Of a stretch of 64,000 nt of DNA, positions 11,401 to 23,950 are shown one piece after another. Below the pieces are notes generated by a model. It was not told the origin of the DNA and made no database searches. It worked only from the letters and a program-made list of their open reading frames with translations. Source of the DNA: Sphyrna mokarran (lineage: Eukaryota); the NCBI GenBank assembly GCA_024679065.1, contig JAGIQG010000011.1:74400001-74464000 (forward strand), read 5' to 3'. A program made the translations under genes and the position numbers. Numbering within the stretch: position 1 is the first letter of the stretch; every line of letters starts with the position of its first letter.

Positions 11401-13703
11401 GACCTTAATGTAATTTTATGTATTAAATCACTGCATTTAAAGAAAATGTAAACTATACCTTTCTATGCCAATGGGAGAAGGCCATTCAAAAGTATTTCTG
11501 CCTTGCTTTCTTGTGCAAGCTCCATGTAATAATTTTTAACCATGCAGTTGTCTGCTTTTAACAGCTCCTTTGCTACGTGAAGCTTTGAAAATATCTTTTG
11601 CCCCAAAATTGGCTTTCAGAAGCACTTCCTTATTTTAGATTTGCTGTGTCTGTAGAGAATTCAGAGACGTAAGCATGCTTTTCTGTTTTTAAACTTGCAA
11701 GGTATAACTAACACTGGAGGTGTTTTTAAAATTTGAATGCTTTTATTTTGTAAAGTAATATATCGTTTCTTTTCCTTTCGTTACACATGTAAAGTAATTT
11801 TGCATACCTGTTAAAAGTGCAGTCATTAGTCTACTGTGTCACTGTACCAACATAACCTCAGGAATTTGTTACCCCCAAACCCTCTCTGTTTTGAGCTGTG
11901 GTGACAGTCCTACACTAATTTTGGTGCCATTTCAGTAAGTTTATAAAGAACTTGCAGGGCAACGAGGAACTTTTTTTAAAAAAATTAATATATGCAATAG
12001 ATACACATACAAGTCACTGATACTGACTTCTGTTCCTAAACGATTGCTATAGTTTTATACATAGGCAAAACTAACCACTGCAACTGCTGCTCAATTTACT
12101 TTTCAGGGCCAGGATTTGGTTGTCTTTAACCAAGTGTTAATCACGCATTGCATTGATACAGTATAGCTAAATGCTTCAATACAAAACTGCACAATGTGGA
12201 ATATTACAAAGGCCGTAAAGCTACATTGAATAGTGATTAGGTGCCAAATGTTTTAGATGACACTAAAGTGTTTACTGCATTTCTGCAGTTTTATATTTTG
12301 CAATAGGATTACTGATCAAATTGAAGCTAATTGTGACTGATCTGACGACGTTATAAAATATTTACACAGTTACGATTGACTTTAATTTCAGCAATAATCT
12401 ATTGTAAAAAGCTGACAAAGTATTAGTTAAAGCTGCAGTATATCACTAAAGTGACTTAAAGTCTCTACAATTTCTTACAATCTCTAAGCCCCATTAAAAT
12501 TTGTCATCAAGCACAAATCTGTATTTTAGGCTAAACATTCCTAAACATTTTAATATTTGGGAGATTCTTTATCCTTATCAGTTCCTGAATTTTTAGCGCC
12601 AGTGTTGTTTCCTGAAGTTTGCTTCAATTGGTGGACCATGAGCAGTTAATACTGCATAATGATAATGAACTTCAGGTATTTCAGATTAAAATCATATGCT
12701 AAGGCTATGCAAACTTTAGAAAATCAATTTTTATTGTTCACAGGTTTCCAGTATAACCAGTTTGTCAACAGAATAATAATTAATTTGAAAATGTAATCTT
12801 AGTCAGGTAAACTGCAATATTATTTGTGCAACACTCTCCCTCCCGTTATCATGTTATATTGATTTTTGTTTCCTAGAATATATTGCAGCTTTAAAAAATG
12901 TTTGCAAACCAGGAACTCACTGTGAAATAATATTTTATGCATATATGAAGTGCTTACTTTTAAAATTGTTTGATATACTGACAAACACAAAATGTTATGC
13001 AGAGGCTCAGAATAAGAAAATTCTGACGTCAGAAAATAAAAATCTGTCCCCATACTCCAAGCAGAGAGGGAAAAAGGGCAAATGCAACGGTGTATATATT
13101 CTACATGCCCACTTGTACAAGTTTGGATTAGATTGTCAGCTGGTGTCTGTCTCAAAAACACAACCAGGAAGAATCTTCTTTACTGGGTACTTGTCCTTTA
13201 GAATGTGATTTGTATCATTCATCTGTAGAAAGATTTTTTAATCTCTTGACAAAGCAATGATTTTATTAACATTTTAGACTTCAACTCTACCTTGCAATCA
13301 ACACTTCACAGGGACAAATAATAGCCTTGAGGTAGGGTAAAATTTTTAATTATGCAATATAATAACTATTTCTATTACGTTTAAAGATCCTCAGACAACT
13401 CAAATATTTTGTGGAAAAGATGATACAAATGACATTCTATATTAAGTGTTGCTTACCTCAGAACTTGCCAACAGAGAGTTCTTAAAGCAGTTTGTGATAC
13501 ACATACCTCTAAACAATTATGTTTGCTTAAGTCTGTATCAATGTTCTGTGCATCTGTGGGCACAAATTACTGTAATACTGGATATGTACTTGGGATTTTT
13601 TTTTTTGCAAATATCTTCCAAACGGAAAGTCAGGGAAAAGCCTGGATGGAGAGATGGAAGAGATTGTTAAATATTGTACAGAAACGTTTGCTGTTCCCCT
13701 AAG

Positions 13704-13709
13704 AATAAA
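13704..13709 (+). terminator. Candidate ACVR2A polyadenylation signal AATAAA
   Basis: AATAAA near the end of the repeat-free UTR, with TGTA upstream and T/GT-rich sequence downstream. An alternative AATAAA lies at 13035-13040. Confidence 0.55.
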
Positions 13710-14461
13710 TTGTATAGTGACTGCTGTATGACATACATTCTAATATGAATTGGAGTACATTTGCTAGTATTTTATTTGAAACTTTTGCTTTATTGTATGG
13801 TATTCATATATATTGTTGAGAAAAGGTGAGTAACCTAAGGTTATACAGTGTTCCTTTTATCCTCTCATTCATGGTACCCTCAATTTCCTGCAGGAAACAA
13901 AGCATGAACTACCCTTTTTCAACACTTTCAGATTTGCATGTAGTTGCTGCTAAGAATGATTTCACTTCAATTTCAGCAGGTCTGTCAACTCAACTGTTAT
14001 AACCTTTAGTGATTCTGCATTTAGATAGCACTTACTGAACAGTTTTGAATGTGTTAAGAATTACATTGGCCATGATCTTCCAGGCCTCTATAGACTTGGA
14101 GGAGGTGCCAGAGTACTGGAGAAATGCAAATATTACTGCCTTGTTCAAAAAAGTTGGGTGAGGATAACCCCAGTAATTACAGGCAAACTTCTCAACAGTT
14201 ATCTGGGATAGAATTAGTAGTCACGTGGAAAAATATCAGTTGATTAGAAAAAGGCAGCATGGATTTCTAAAGAGAAATCATGTTTAACTAACTTGCTGGA
14301 GTTTTTAGGAGATAACGGGATCAATGAAGGTAGTGCTGTTCATGTGATGTATGTGGAAGTTCAGAAAGTATTCAATACAGTGCTACACAGACTTGTGAAA
14401 AAAATTATAGTTCATGGAATAAAAGAATCAGTAGCAATGTGGATACAGATTTGTTCGAATA

Positions 14462-15135
14462 ATAGAACATAGAACATTACAGCACAGAACAGGCCCTTCG
14501 GCCTTCGATGTTGTGCCGACCAAAATAAAAAGCAATGCCCCTCCAAACTAAACCATTCCCTTCTCTTCCATATACTTATCAATTAACCTCTTAAACGCCA
14601 CCAAACTTGGCGCATCTACAACAGCTGCAGGCAGGGCATTCCACTCCCTAATCACTCTTTGAGTAAAGAACCTACCTCTGATATCCGTCCTATAACTCAT
14701 ACCCCTTAATTTAAAGCTGTGTCCCCTCGTGCTAGCTTTCTCCATCCTAGGAAAAAGGCTATCACTGTCCACCCTATCTAAACCTCTAATCATCTTATAT
14801 GCTTCAATAAGATCCCCTCTTAGCCGCCTCCTTTCTAACGAAAACAACCTCAAATCCTTCAACCTCTCTTCATAGGACCTGCCCTCCATACCAGGCAACA
14901 TCCTGGTAAACCTCCTCTGTACCCTCTCCAATGCCTCCACATCTTTCTTATAATGTGGGGACCAGAACTGCACACAATACTCCAAGTGCGGCCGCACTAG
15001 AGTTTTGTACAGTTGCAACATGATGCTGCGGCTCCTAAATTCAATCCCCCTACCAATAAAAGCTAAGACTCCATATGCCTTAACAACTTTATCCACTTGG
15101 CTGCCTACTTTCAGGGATCTATTGACACATACATG
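14462..15135 (-). mobile_element. Young 5'-truncated CR1 3' end
   Basis: ORF 14548-15141 gives an uninterrupted CR1 ORF2 C-terminus (RPHLEYCVQFWSPHYKKD...WNALP). The tail (TTCTATG)n reads as agaacatagaacat at 14464. Confidence 0.93.
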
Positions 15136-15689
15136 ACACAATAGGCAGAAGTAATGATCAGTGGATGCTTTTCAGACGGGAGGAATGTTTTCTTAGGGTC
15201 AGTATTTGGATCATTATTTTTCCTATAATATGTTAATGACCTAGATCTTGGTGTATGGGGACAACTTTACATTTTGTGTCAGTTGCAAACTTTGGATGTA
15301 TTGTAAACTGAACAGAAAGACAGACAACTTGGTGGAGTGAGCAGATGGATGGCAGATGAAGTGAGGTGAGGTGATGCATTTTGGTAGGAAGAACATGGAG
15401 AGACAATATAAGGGATGGAATTCTCAACAAAGTGCAGGAGTAGAAGGACCCTGGGTGAGTATGAGCATAGATCATTGAAGGTGGAGAGAGCAGTTATTAA
15501 AGCATATAGTATTGAGTTTTATTAATAGGGCATAGAGTACAAGAGCAAGGAGTTATGCTGAACTTATACAAGTCAGCTGGAGTATTGTGTACAGTTCTGA
15601 GTGCCACACTATAGGAAGGATATGAAGGCTTGGGAGAGTGCGCAGAAGATGTTTATAAGAATAGTTGCAGGGATGAGAAACATCAGTAA

Positions 15690-15960
15690 TGAGTTTATTT
15701 ATTAGTGTCACAAGCAGGCTTACATGAACACTACAGTGAAGTTACTGTGAAAGTTACCATGTTGTTCGTTTGGGTACACTGAGGGAGAATTTAGCATAGC
15801 CAGTGCACCTAACCAGCATGCCTTTTGGACAATGGGAGGAAACCAGAGCACCAGGACGAAACTATACAGACACAAAGGAAATATGTAGACTCTGCAAAGA
15901 TAGTGACCCAAGTTAGAAATCAAAACCAGGTCCCAATGTGAGGGAGTAATGCCATCATTA
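15690..15960 (-). mobile_element. V-domain tRNA SINE, tail type 2
   Basis: Degenerate reverse complement of the V-core (ggaggaaaccagagcacc) plus the tail tttattagtgtcacaagcaggcttacat shared with 35608 and 53778. Confidence 0.75.
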
Positions 15961-16419
15961 TGAGATAGATTAGAGATGTTGGGACTGTTCTCCTTGGAGA
16001 GAAGGATAAAAGATTATGTTCAAAATTATGAAAAGGTTGGATAGAGTAGATAAGGAGAAACTGTTCCCATTGATAAAAGAATTGAGAAGGAGGCATAAAC
16101 TTAGTGCATTCCAGGCCCGAACCACTTTCTCATCACATTTGCTTCTTTCCCAAATTACCGCCTGGAAGTATGATGGAGGCATATTCATTTGAGTGCCTCA
16201 ACTGAATGTGCAGCAAAATGGCACAAAGTCACCATGTTTGTTTGGAGAGAAAATGCAAACACAATGGGGCCAAATGGCCACTTACTATGCTGTAATGATT
16301 GTGTGATTTATTAACAACCAATTTAAGATTATCAGTCAAATTCACAAAACAACTCGCTTATGTTTTCTAGAAACTACAAAAATTCGTAAGCAGTGCCTAA
16401 TATATCCTTTTCAGACATA

Positions 16420-17005
16420 ATACAGGAACACTGAGCCTACTCTGCTGTCTGAATTAGATTAACCATGATCAGTTAATGCCATTTTCCTGCACTATCCAAT
16501 GTCCCTTAATTTCATTATTATCTAGAAATCTATCAACCTCTGCTTTGAATATATTTGATGTCTAAGCCTTTGGAGATCAATGGGGTATAGAATTCCAAAT
16601 ATTTCCCACTCTGTCACAATAAAGTCCACATCTTATTCTTAAATGGCTTGCCCTTATTCTGAGATTGTTTCTTGCATCTACTCAGTTGCATCTTCTCAGA
16701 ATTTTGTATACTTCAGTGAGATTCCTTCTCATTCTTTTAAACTCTCACAGGCCTAGTCTTCATGGAACATCCCTGTCAATGGTGAACATTTGTTGCTTTT
16801 TGTTGCCCAATATATCCTTCCTTGGGTGAGGAGACCAAAACTGCACATGCTATTCCAGCCATGGTTTCACCATGGCTCTATACAATTCTTCTTCCTGTAC
16901 TCATCTCCTGGCAATAAAGACATAAATCTGCCTACTGATTGTTGCACCTGCACAGTGTTAGCTTTCAGTGACTTATGAACAAGAACACTGACTCTTTGGA
17001 CATGC
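16420..17005 (-). mobile_element. Old CR1 3' fragment
   Basis: Minus-strand CR1 3' motifs (gaattccaaatattt, gagattccttctcattcttttaaactc, ccaaaactgcaca). Confidence 0.6.
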
Positions 17006-19015
17006 AGAAATCTCCCCCCCCCCCCCCCCATTTCCAATAGATCCCATTTTTGACAGGTGGGCATGACATGATCAGACAGGTGGAAAGCTTGAATTTATCA
17101 GGACCATTTGAAATTAGTGGTGAGTTCAAGCAAAACCCCATTTTATTTTCCAATAGTCTTTACCCAATGTGGGAGTTACAGATTAGATGTAAATCTCTAA
17201 GATCTGAGTGTCATAATCTGAAGTTGTCTAAATCACCAGCATACAAAATATGAAAACAGGCTCAAGTTTTTAATTTAAAAATAAAAACCTGCTGTTTTGA
17301 TTGAGGGGCTATCTTATGTTGGTTCAAAAAAGTTGCTTGTTCCTGTGGTTTCCATAGAGTTATTGACTTTGCAAGGTGTCAATTACAAACGTTTGGTCGA
17401 ATTTCACAGGTTACCAAAGGACTTGCCATGTGGGGGGGTTGATATTTTGATGCTTTTAAAAGATTTCCTGACTTTGATGTAGTTAATGAATCAAAAGTTG
17501 TTTTTATAACTGACTGACTAATTCAAGGGTTTAAAACCTTTGAATAGTTTCAGTAAGAGTTTTTTTTTGAAGAGCAAGAGTATAGATCTCGAGGTCTGCA
17601 TTATAGAAACAAGGTGAGTGCCTATAAAGGCGACATATTGTAGGAAGGGGTAAAGGAGTCATTGGGTCATGAGGAGGCTTGGGGTTTAAGGGTGCATGAA
17701 AAATGTGTATGGGCCAGAGAACTGAGGTAGACCTTCTAACCAGTGTATTTTAGCACAGCCACCTCCATGGCTGCCAATGATCTGCTTCCAAGGTTCTCAA
17801 GCCCACCTCTAAACAGGTCTCAACTACCTGGAATAAAAATTGCATGCATCAGAATTCTGAACCAAGGCAGATCTGCCAAAACGGGAAATTTCCTGACTCC
17901 AGCTAAGAGAGATCTGGCCCTTCTGTCTTCATTCTGTTAATAACCTACTGAAACTTGAGCAGAGTGCAGAACTGCAAATTGCTACCCTCATCTTTTGTGA
18001 TGTGTCTTGTTATTAAACACAAACTAACAAACTCTCTAGTACTAGTCTTCAATTACTCTCTGCTATCTGACCTCTTGTTTTCACTAACTTTCACTCCATT
18101 TCTTAGTGATTTAATTACACAGGTAGAAATTCCTTTCTTCTGCTGATTTATATTTCTCTAGCTGACATAAAGCTGAATAATAAAAGGCATAGGATCATAG
18201 TTGCTTACTTGTGTGCCCAAAAGCCATGAAGCTAGCCTGGAAATGGACTTAATGAGGGTTGAGGAATCGAAAACGTCATAGGTATAACAAACAATCTATA
18301 TAGGGTTGTGCTCAACTCAATATCAATTGTCTCTCCACAGGAAAAATTCACAAATTGAACACTAGTATGAAATTATACTTGATTAATCAATTACACCCTA
18401 GATTAATTTGATCTAGAACTCATGATGATACCACACCCTGCATCACCTGACTGATCTTGATGATGTATTTATGCTCTTTATCCACTTAAATTCTTATCTC
18501 ACCATAGCTTTCCATTCTTTACTTCAATCAAGTTCTGTCCATTTTGTTCCATCCTTGGAGGTGTGGTCTTCAGATTTACTGTGATGTGTATCTCACTCAA
18601 CTTTCAAAATTCTACCTCACGTAGCTGATGCAAATTTGCAAAACAACAAACTTGAACAAACGTACCATATATTGAAAATTAAATGTGTGTTTGTAATACA
18701 ACTCTGATACAAATGTTTGGAATGAATGTGGAACAAAGGCCTTGAGGAATCTTTGAACATGCAACACAAAAATAATCAAACAATACCAATCTGAAGAAAA
18801 TGGCAGTTACTATCACAAAACTTTGGGTCCTTTTAATTTTTCAAAGGGAAATCATTCATGAAGTTAATTATTGAAAAGATGTAATTAATTAACTTTAGGG
18901 TAGGAATTATGTCTTTACAGTTAACACTATAGCAACTAATAACCACTATTTACAAAATCACTAATCTAGTTTTGCCATTGCTCGAAGTTTTAAACTTGTT
19001 CTCATGAAAATTCCA

Positions 19016-19021
19016 TTTATT
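19016..19021 (-). terminator. Candidate ORC4 polyadenylation signal (AATAAA on -)
   Basis: TTTATT on +, about 220 nt past the ORC4 stop codon. Confidence 0.45.
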
Positions 19022-19240
19022 TAAAAATAAGCAAATCATGTTAAAAATACAATATTGTGGCATTTGCATGTAATATCAGTCACAAAGTATACTGTTCTTT
19101 CGCCTGAAACAGGTCATAAAACTAGATTTCTATTTTCATCTAGTTGTTAAAAAAATTGTGATGACTAATATAGAAAATGACTTCAAAATTTCTCAAACAT
19201 AAGTTCCATCAATTGATTAACAACTCCAAATTCACATGGT

Positions 19241-19423
19241 CTATTCTAGAGCTGATGATGCCCAAAGCTGGACCTCTGTTGGACAATGTGGATACTTTTG
19301 CAGTGCGTCCATAATCTGACTGCTATCCAGTAGTAGTTTCACCAGCTGGTATTCTTTCTGTGTTCGGGTAGATGTTCCATCCATTGGTTTAATCAATTCC
19401 AATTGATGCAGGTGCTCAAATGC
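19241..19423 (-). CDS. ORC4: ORC4 last coding exon (183 nt): [60 protein letters not shown]
   Basis: Hand-translated. Acceptor tcttcttag|GCA, stop TAG at 19241-19243. Matches the ORC4 winged-helix C-terminus. Confidence 0.96.
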   Translation of the reverse strand, partial: AFEHLHQLELIKPMDGTSTRTQKEYQLVKLLLDSSQIMDALQKYPHCPTEVQLWASSALE

Positions 19424-20229
19424 CTAAGAAGACAGAAAATAAATAATTTGACTGTCAAATGGAGCATGAAGCAAGCTGACAATGAAAGGATATTGGGAGG
19501 GACAACAATAGAGAGATCTTTATCTAAAATGTCTGCTGACCAACATTTGGATATAATTCATTTGCATTACAAATTTTCAATGATTTAGAATTTTCCCTTC
19601 ATTTAGTATTCACAGTAGTTAAAATGCAAATGGCCATTTGGCCCCTCATGTCTGTGTTGACTCTGCAAAGGAGAAAACTACCTAATACCAATCCCTATAG
19701 CCCAACACATTCTTCCTTTTCAGTTAATAATTCAGTTCCCTCAAATGCAGCTGCATATTGGTATCCCAGTCAGTCAATATAAAAAAAGATTTTCCTCATA
19801 TCTAATGCTTCTTTTGCCAATTACCTTAAATCACGGCCCTCTGAACAAGGGGCAATTCTACAGGTATTAGACTCAGGATGGCAGCAAAGAGAAACTGGAA
19901 AATTGTGGCCAAAATCTGCTGTATTAGTTTCACTACCCTCAGTATCCCAGGATCCATTTCATCCTGTCATGGTGTTTTATCAACTTTAAGTACAGACAGC
20001 GAATTCAATATTAGCACTGTCAATTTCAAAACCTTCAAATGTCTGAACTTTCTTTTTCACCATGAAATTTTAATTAAGAAATTGAGGGGCTGCCCTTTGC
20101 ACATATCCCACATAAGATGGGATACCCTCTTTATACCTGCCCGCAGCCTTAAATACAATATCCCTTCCATCCCTGAACTCCTCTCTGATCTGTCAAAACC
20201 CTCTCTGCCCAATCTAATTGGCCAGCAGC

Positions 20230-20610
20230 TCCAGAAGGTAGGGCCTTATAAGTTTCTAGGTATCCAGATCTCCAACAACCTGTCATGGTCCCTCCATGCC
20301 AACACTATCGTTAACTTTCAGAGCAGACCAAGGAAATTTGGCATATCTGCTACAATTCTCACCAACTTTCACAGATGCACCACAGAAAACATTCATTCTT
20401 GTTTATCACAGCTTGATATGGCTCTTGCTTTGTCCAACTTCACAGAAAGGATCGTGAACGAAACACAATCCATCCCACAAATCAGTCTTCCGCCCATAGA
20501 CTATATACTTCTTCCTGCCTCAAAGGCAGCCAGCATAATCAAGCATGACCCCATCCCCCCGCACCAATCCCAGGACATATTCTCTTCCAAGAGGAAAAAG
20601 ATACACTGTA
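20230..20610 (+). mobile_element. Rex/Babar-type LINE fragment
   Basis: YKFLGIQISNNLSWS...RKFGISATILTNFHRCTTENI, homologous to 22900-23300. Confidence 0.7.
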
Positions 20611-21331
20611 TACCAACACACATTACAATAAATCAAATCTCCCAGTCAGAGACAGAGGTCCCACCTTGCCCTTGTTAAGCTGGCCCACAGTGTTTACACT
20701 GCCTTTGCATCAGGATGACTGCGTCAGGGGGGCTAAGGGGCAATCTCCTCAGCTCGGGTAACATTGTTGTTCAGCTCCCCTTGCTTTCATTCCGCATTAT
20801 CTCCACAATTCACATGTACCACATGTGCTTCCACTTGCACTGGGCATCACCCACAAAATAAAACAACCAGAGAAACCCCTTAAATTGATCAATCAGAACA
20901 GTTTCAGTCGAGCAAAGCAGTTTATGATTATTATAGGTTGGAGAGTAGATAAATATTGGATCCACTATTTCTGCTGGAGATTTATCAATGTGTTAATCTT
21001 GTGCTGAGTAAAACATTCTGGCTCGTCACACTGCAAATTTCTGCAGTCTGCAGAGAAGTCAGCCAGAGTTCTTGGTCAGAATCTAGCAATGCTCACTGGG
21101 AATGAGCTTTACTGAACATTAAATTAGAACTGAATCAATTTGCACAAATCATATACACTTTCATGGAAATTTTGTAGGCTGTATATCATCACTGCACGAC
21201 ATTCTAGTGTCAGGCAAGGAGTGGGGGCGGTGGGTAGTCAACTTGGCAAGGCTGAGCAAAGAAAGCTAGAATAGGAAAAGTAGAAGAAATGGGCACTAAA
21301 TTTAATATTTACAACTTGCAAGTTTCTTTAC

Positions 21332-21399
21332 CTTCAAGACGACAGGTTTCTCAAAGTTATGAATTGAGTGAGTCCTTCTTTGAATGAACTTCTGGAATT
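21332..21399 (-). CDS. ORC4: ORC4 exon (68 nt): (E)FQKFIQRRTHSIHNFEKPVVLK
   Basis: gttacag|AA...AAG|gtaaag. In frame with both neighbouring exons. Confidence 0.95.
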
Positions 21400-22239
21400 C
21401 TGTAACGCAACAATAAGTATTCAATGTCTGTGGATTTGTCTACACTTGACCTCTTAAAATAGCGATACCAATTAGCAGCCAGACAATTCTCCAAGTGTCA
21501 TTCTTCATTGTTGGTTTCCGCGCATCCTGTCATCCTTCATCTTCCTCAGTTCTTGAATAAAAATTACTGAGTATAATCTTTCAGCGCTGGGATTTTATGC
21601 ACAAAAACCTCCAGATTATACTCTTCCATTTCCTGTAAGTTGGATTCTACATTTATGGATCAAATGAGTATGGGATTCAATGAACAGTGATCTTTTTCCT
21701 ATAGTCTAGTATGCACAATATGGAGGCAGGGAAGTTTAATTAAAATAGCTAGTCAAGGCGTATGGTGTTCCCAGCAGAATTTTCCCCTCCATTGAATTAT
21801 ATTAATTATGCAGAGCGTGAATTGCCAAAGGTGATTTTGTCATACAAGACTCCAGGAAAAAAAACAGCCAGATTGTCTTGAAGACATCGATACAGAAGGA
21901 AAAAGTTACCAACTTCGTACTGTCCTAGTAATTATCTTTCATCAGTTTTAAAATATTTTTCAGGTCAGCTGTGTGGGATGACACACAATGACCAATCACT
22001 TTCCTCAACAGTCTTTAAAACAAGCTACACAGAAGTTAATGAGCCCACAGTTTAAATTTACTGGATGTGAAAATGAAAAAGTGCTCCCTATAAGAGCACG
22101 CACAAACAGAAAAGCAAGAACAAATCAGCAGTACTGCCAGAAAAACCAGAATAGAGAGAACAAACTTTCAATCTTGTTTAACTTGAACTGCTAGACAGCT
22201 GGAGCAGAGTGAGAAAAACTCCAGCTTCTAGTACCAACT

Positions 22240-23547
22240 AACAACATCTCCATGATCACCCTCAACACCAGTGCCCCACAAGGTTGTGTTCTCAGCCCCC
22301 TACTATACTCATTGTACATTTATGACAGTGCAGACAAATTCCCCTCCACTTCGATTTTCAAGTTTGCTGACAACACCACTGTAACGGGTCGGATTTCAAA
22401 CAATGATGAGACAAAGTACAGGAATGAGATCGAGAATCTGATGAACTGGTGCGGCAACCTCTCCCTCATAGAATCATAGAGCTCTACAGAGCAAAAAGAA
22501 GCCCTTTGGCCCATCGAGTCTGCACCAAACACAATCCCACCCAGGCCTCAACCCCATATCCCAACATATTATACCCATTAATCCCTCTAACCTATGCATC
22601 TCTGGACACTAAAGGGCAATTTCTTAGTATAGTCAATCAACCTAACTCGCACATCTTTGGACTGTGGGAGGAAACCAGAGCACTCAGAGGAAACCCACGC
22701 AGACACAAGGAGAACATGCAGACTCCACACAGACAGTGAACTGAGCCAGGAATCGAACCTAGGACTCTGGAGCTGTGAAGCAGCAGTGCTAACCATTGTG
22801 CTACCACGCAGCTCAATGCTAACAAAACAAAGCAGATTGTCAATGACTTCAGGAAGCGTAAAGGTGAACATTCCTCTGTCTACATCAATAGGGACGAAAT
22901 AGAAAGTGTCAAGAATTTCAAGTTTTTTTGTGCCCAAGTCACCAACAACCTGTCATGGTCCTCCCCATGCCGACTATAGATAAGAAAGCCCACCAATACC
23001 TCTACTTTCTCCGGAAGACGAAGAAAATTTGGCATGTCAGCTACGACTCTCACCAATTTTTACAGATGCACCATAGAAAGCATTCTTTCTGGTTGGATCA
23101 TAGCTTGGTATGACTCCTGCTCTGCTCAAGACCGCAAGGAACTACAAAAGGTCATGAATATAGCCCAATCCATCACATAAACCAGCTTCCCATCCATTGA
23201 CTCTGTCTAAACTTCCTGTTGCCTCGACAAAGCAGCAAACATAATTAAGGATCCCACGCAACCCGGACATTTTCTCTTCCACCTTCTTCCGTCGGGAAAA
23301 GGATATAAAAATCTGAGGTCACATACCAACCGACTCAACAACAGCTTTTTCCTGCTGCTGTCAGACTTTTGACTGGACTTATCTCGCATTAAGTTGATTT
23401 TTCTCTGCACCCTAGCTCTGAGTATAACAGTACATTCTGCGCTTTCTCATTTCCTTTCTATGAGTGGTATGTTTGTGTCTGTATAGTGTGCAAGAAACAA
23501 TACTTTTCACTGTATATTAATACATGATAATAATAAATCAAATCAAA
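22240..23547 (+). mobile_element. 5'-truncated Rex/Babar-type LINE (RT C-terminus plus 3'UTR), interrupted by a SINE
   Basis: ITLNTSAPQGCVLSPLLYSLY and KFADNTT RT motifs. Ends in aataataaatcaaatcaaa. Confidence 0.85.
22467..22812 (-). mobile_element. HE1-like V-domain tRNA SINE with CR1-type tail
   Basis: Minus strand has A-box TGGTTAGCACTGCTGC, B-box GGTTCGATTCC, V-core GTGTGGAGTCTGCATGTTCTCC...GGTTTCCTCCCACAGTCCAAAGATGTGC and a (TATGATTC) tail. Flanked by ctca, a possible TSD. Confidence 0.88.
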
Positions 23548-23854
23548 AGTAAGAAGCTGCCCTGGTATTTGGAATTAAAAATTTAACTGCCACCCACCAC
23601 CCACCCTCTCCCACAAACTGGATCGTACTTCACAGAAATGTAACTTTGACCACGTATGTTAAAAAGCTTGATTACAAAAGTAGATAGCATCATACACTTA
23701 ACTAAGAGGATTTTGCTGAAATCGTAACAAGGTAATTTGTATTTTGTATTTCTCTAATGAAAAGGAAAGAAAGATCTCTGGTGGCCAGATGTGTTTCTGT
23801 CTATTTTGCAATTTAGGATAACAAAATAGTAGTGTTTTTAAATTAAAAATTCAC

Positions 23855-23950
23855 CATTGTAAACCATTTCAAAGTTGAAAGGTTCTCCTTCATAAATGGA
23901 ATTTAAGTGCTTCATGGCAATAATCAGGCAGAGTTCCAGCACAGACAAAC
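23855..23950 (-). CDS. ORC4: ORC4 exon (96 nt): (G)[31 protein letters not shown](E)
   Basis: ccttgcag|GT...AATG|gtgaat. Strong match to ORC4. Confidence 0.96.

Larger units (their letters stand above)
10671..13730 (+). other. ACVR2A: ACVR2A 3'UTR (putative extent)
   Basis: About 3.3 kb free of recognisable repeats after the stop codon. Contains a block resembling the mammalian ACVR2A UTR and ends near AATAAA at 13704. Confidence 0.7.
14055..16110 (+). mobile_element. Old degraded CR1 RT/3' region, interrupted by a young antisense CR1 and a SINE
   Basis: Decayed CR1 motifs gaggtgccagagtactggaga, cagcatggatttctaaag..tcatgtttaactaac and ctggagtattgtgtacagttctg on either side of the inserts. 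Confidence 0.8.

Noticed and set aside
19878-20678. 266-aa ORF on +
   Set aside because: Chance read-through joining unique intronic sequence to a decayed Rex/Babar fragment, antisense within the last ORC4 intron. No coherent domain.
22587-22937. Recurrent ORFs of the type MVAQWLALLPHS / MDCGRKPEH
   Set aside because: Translations of SINE copies, not genes.
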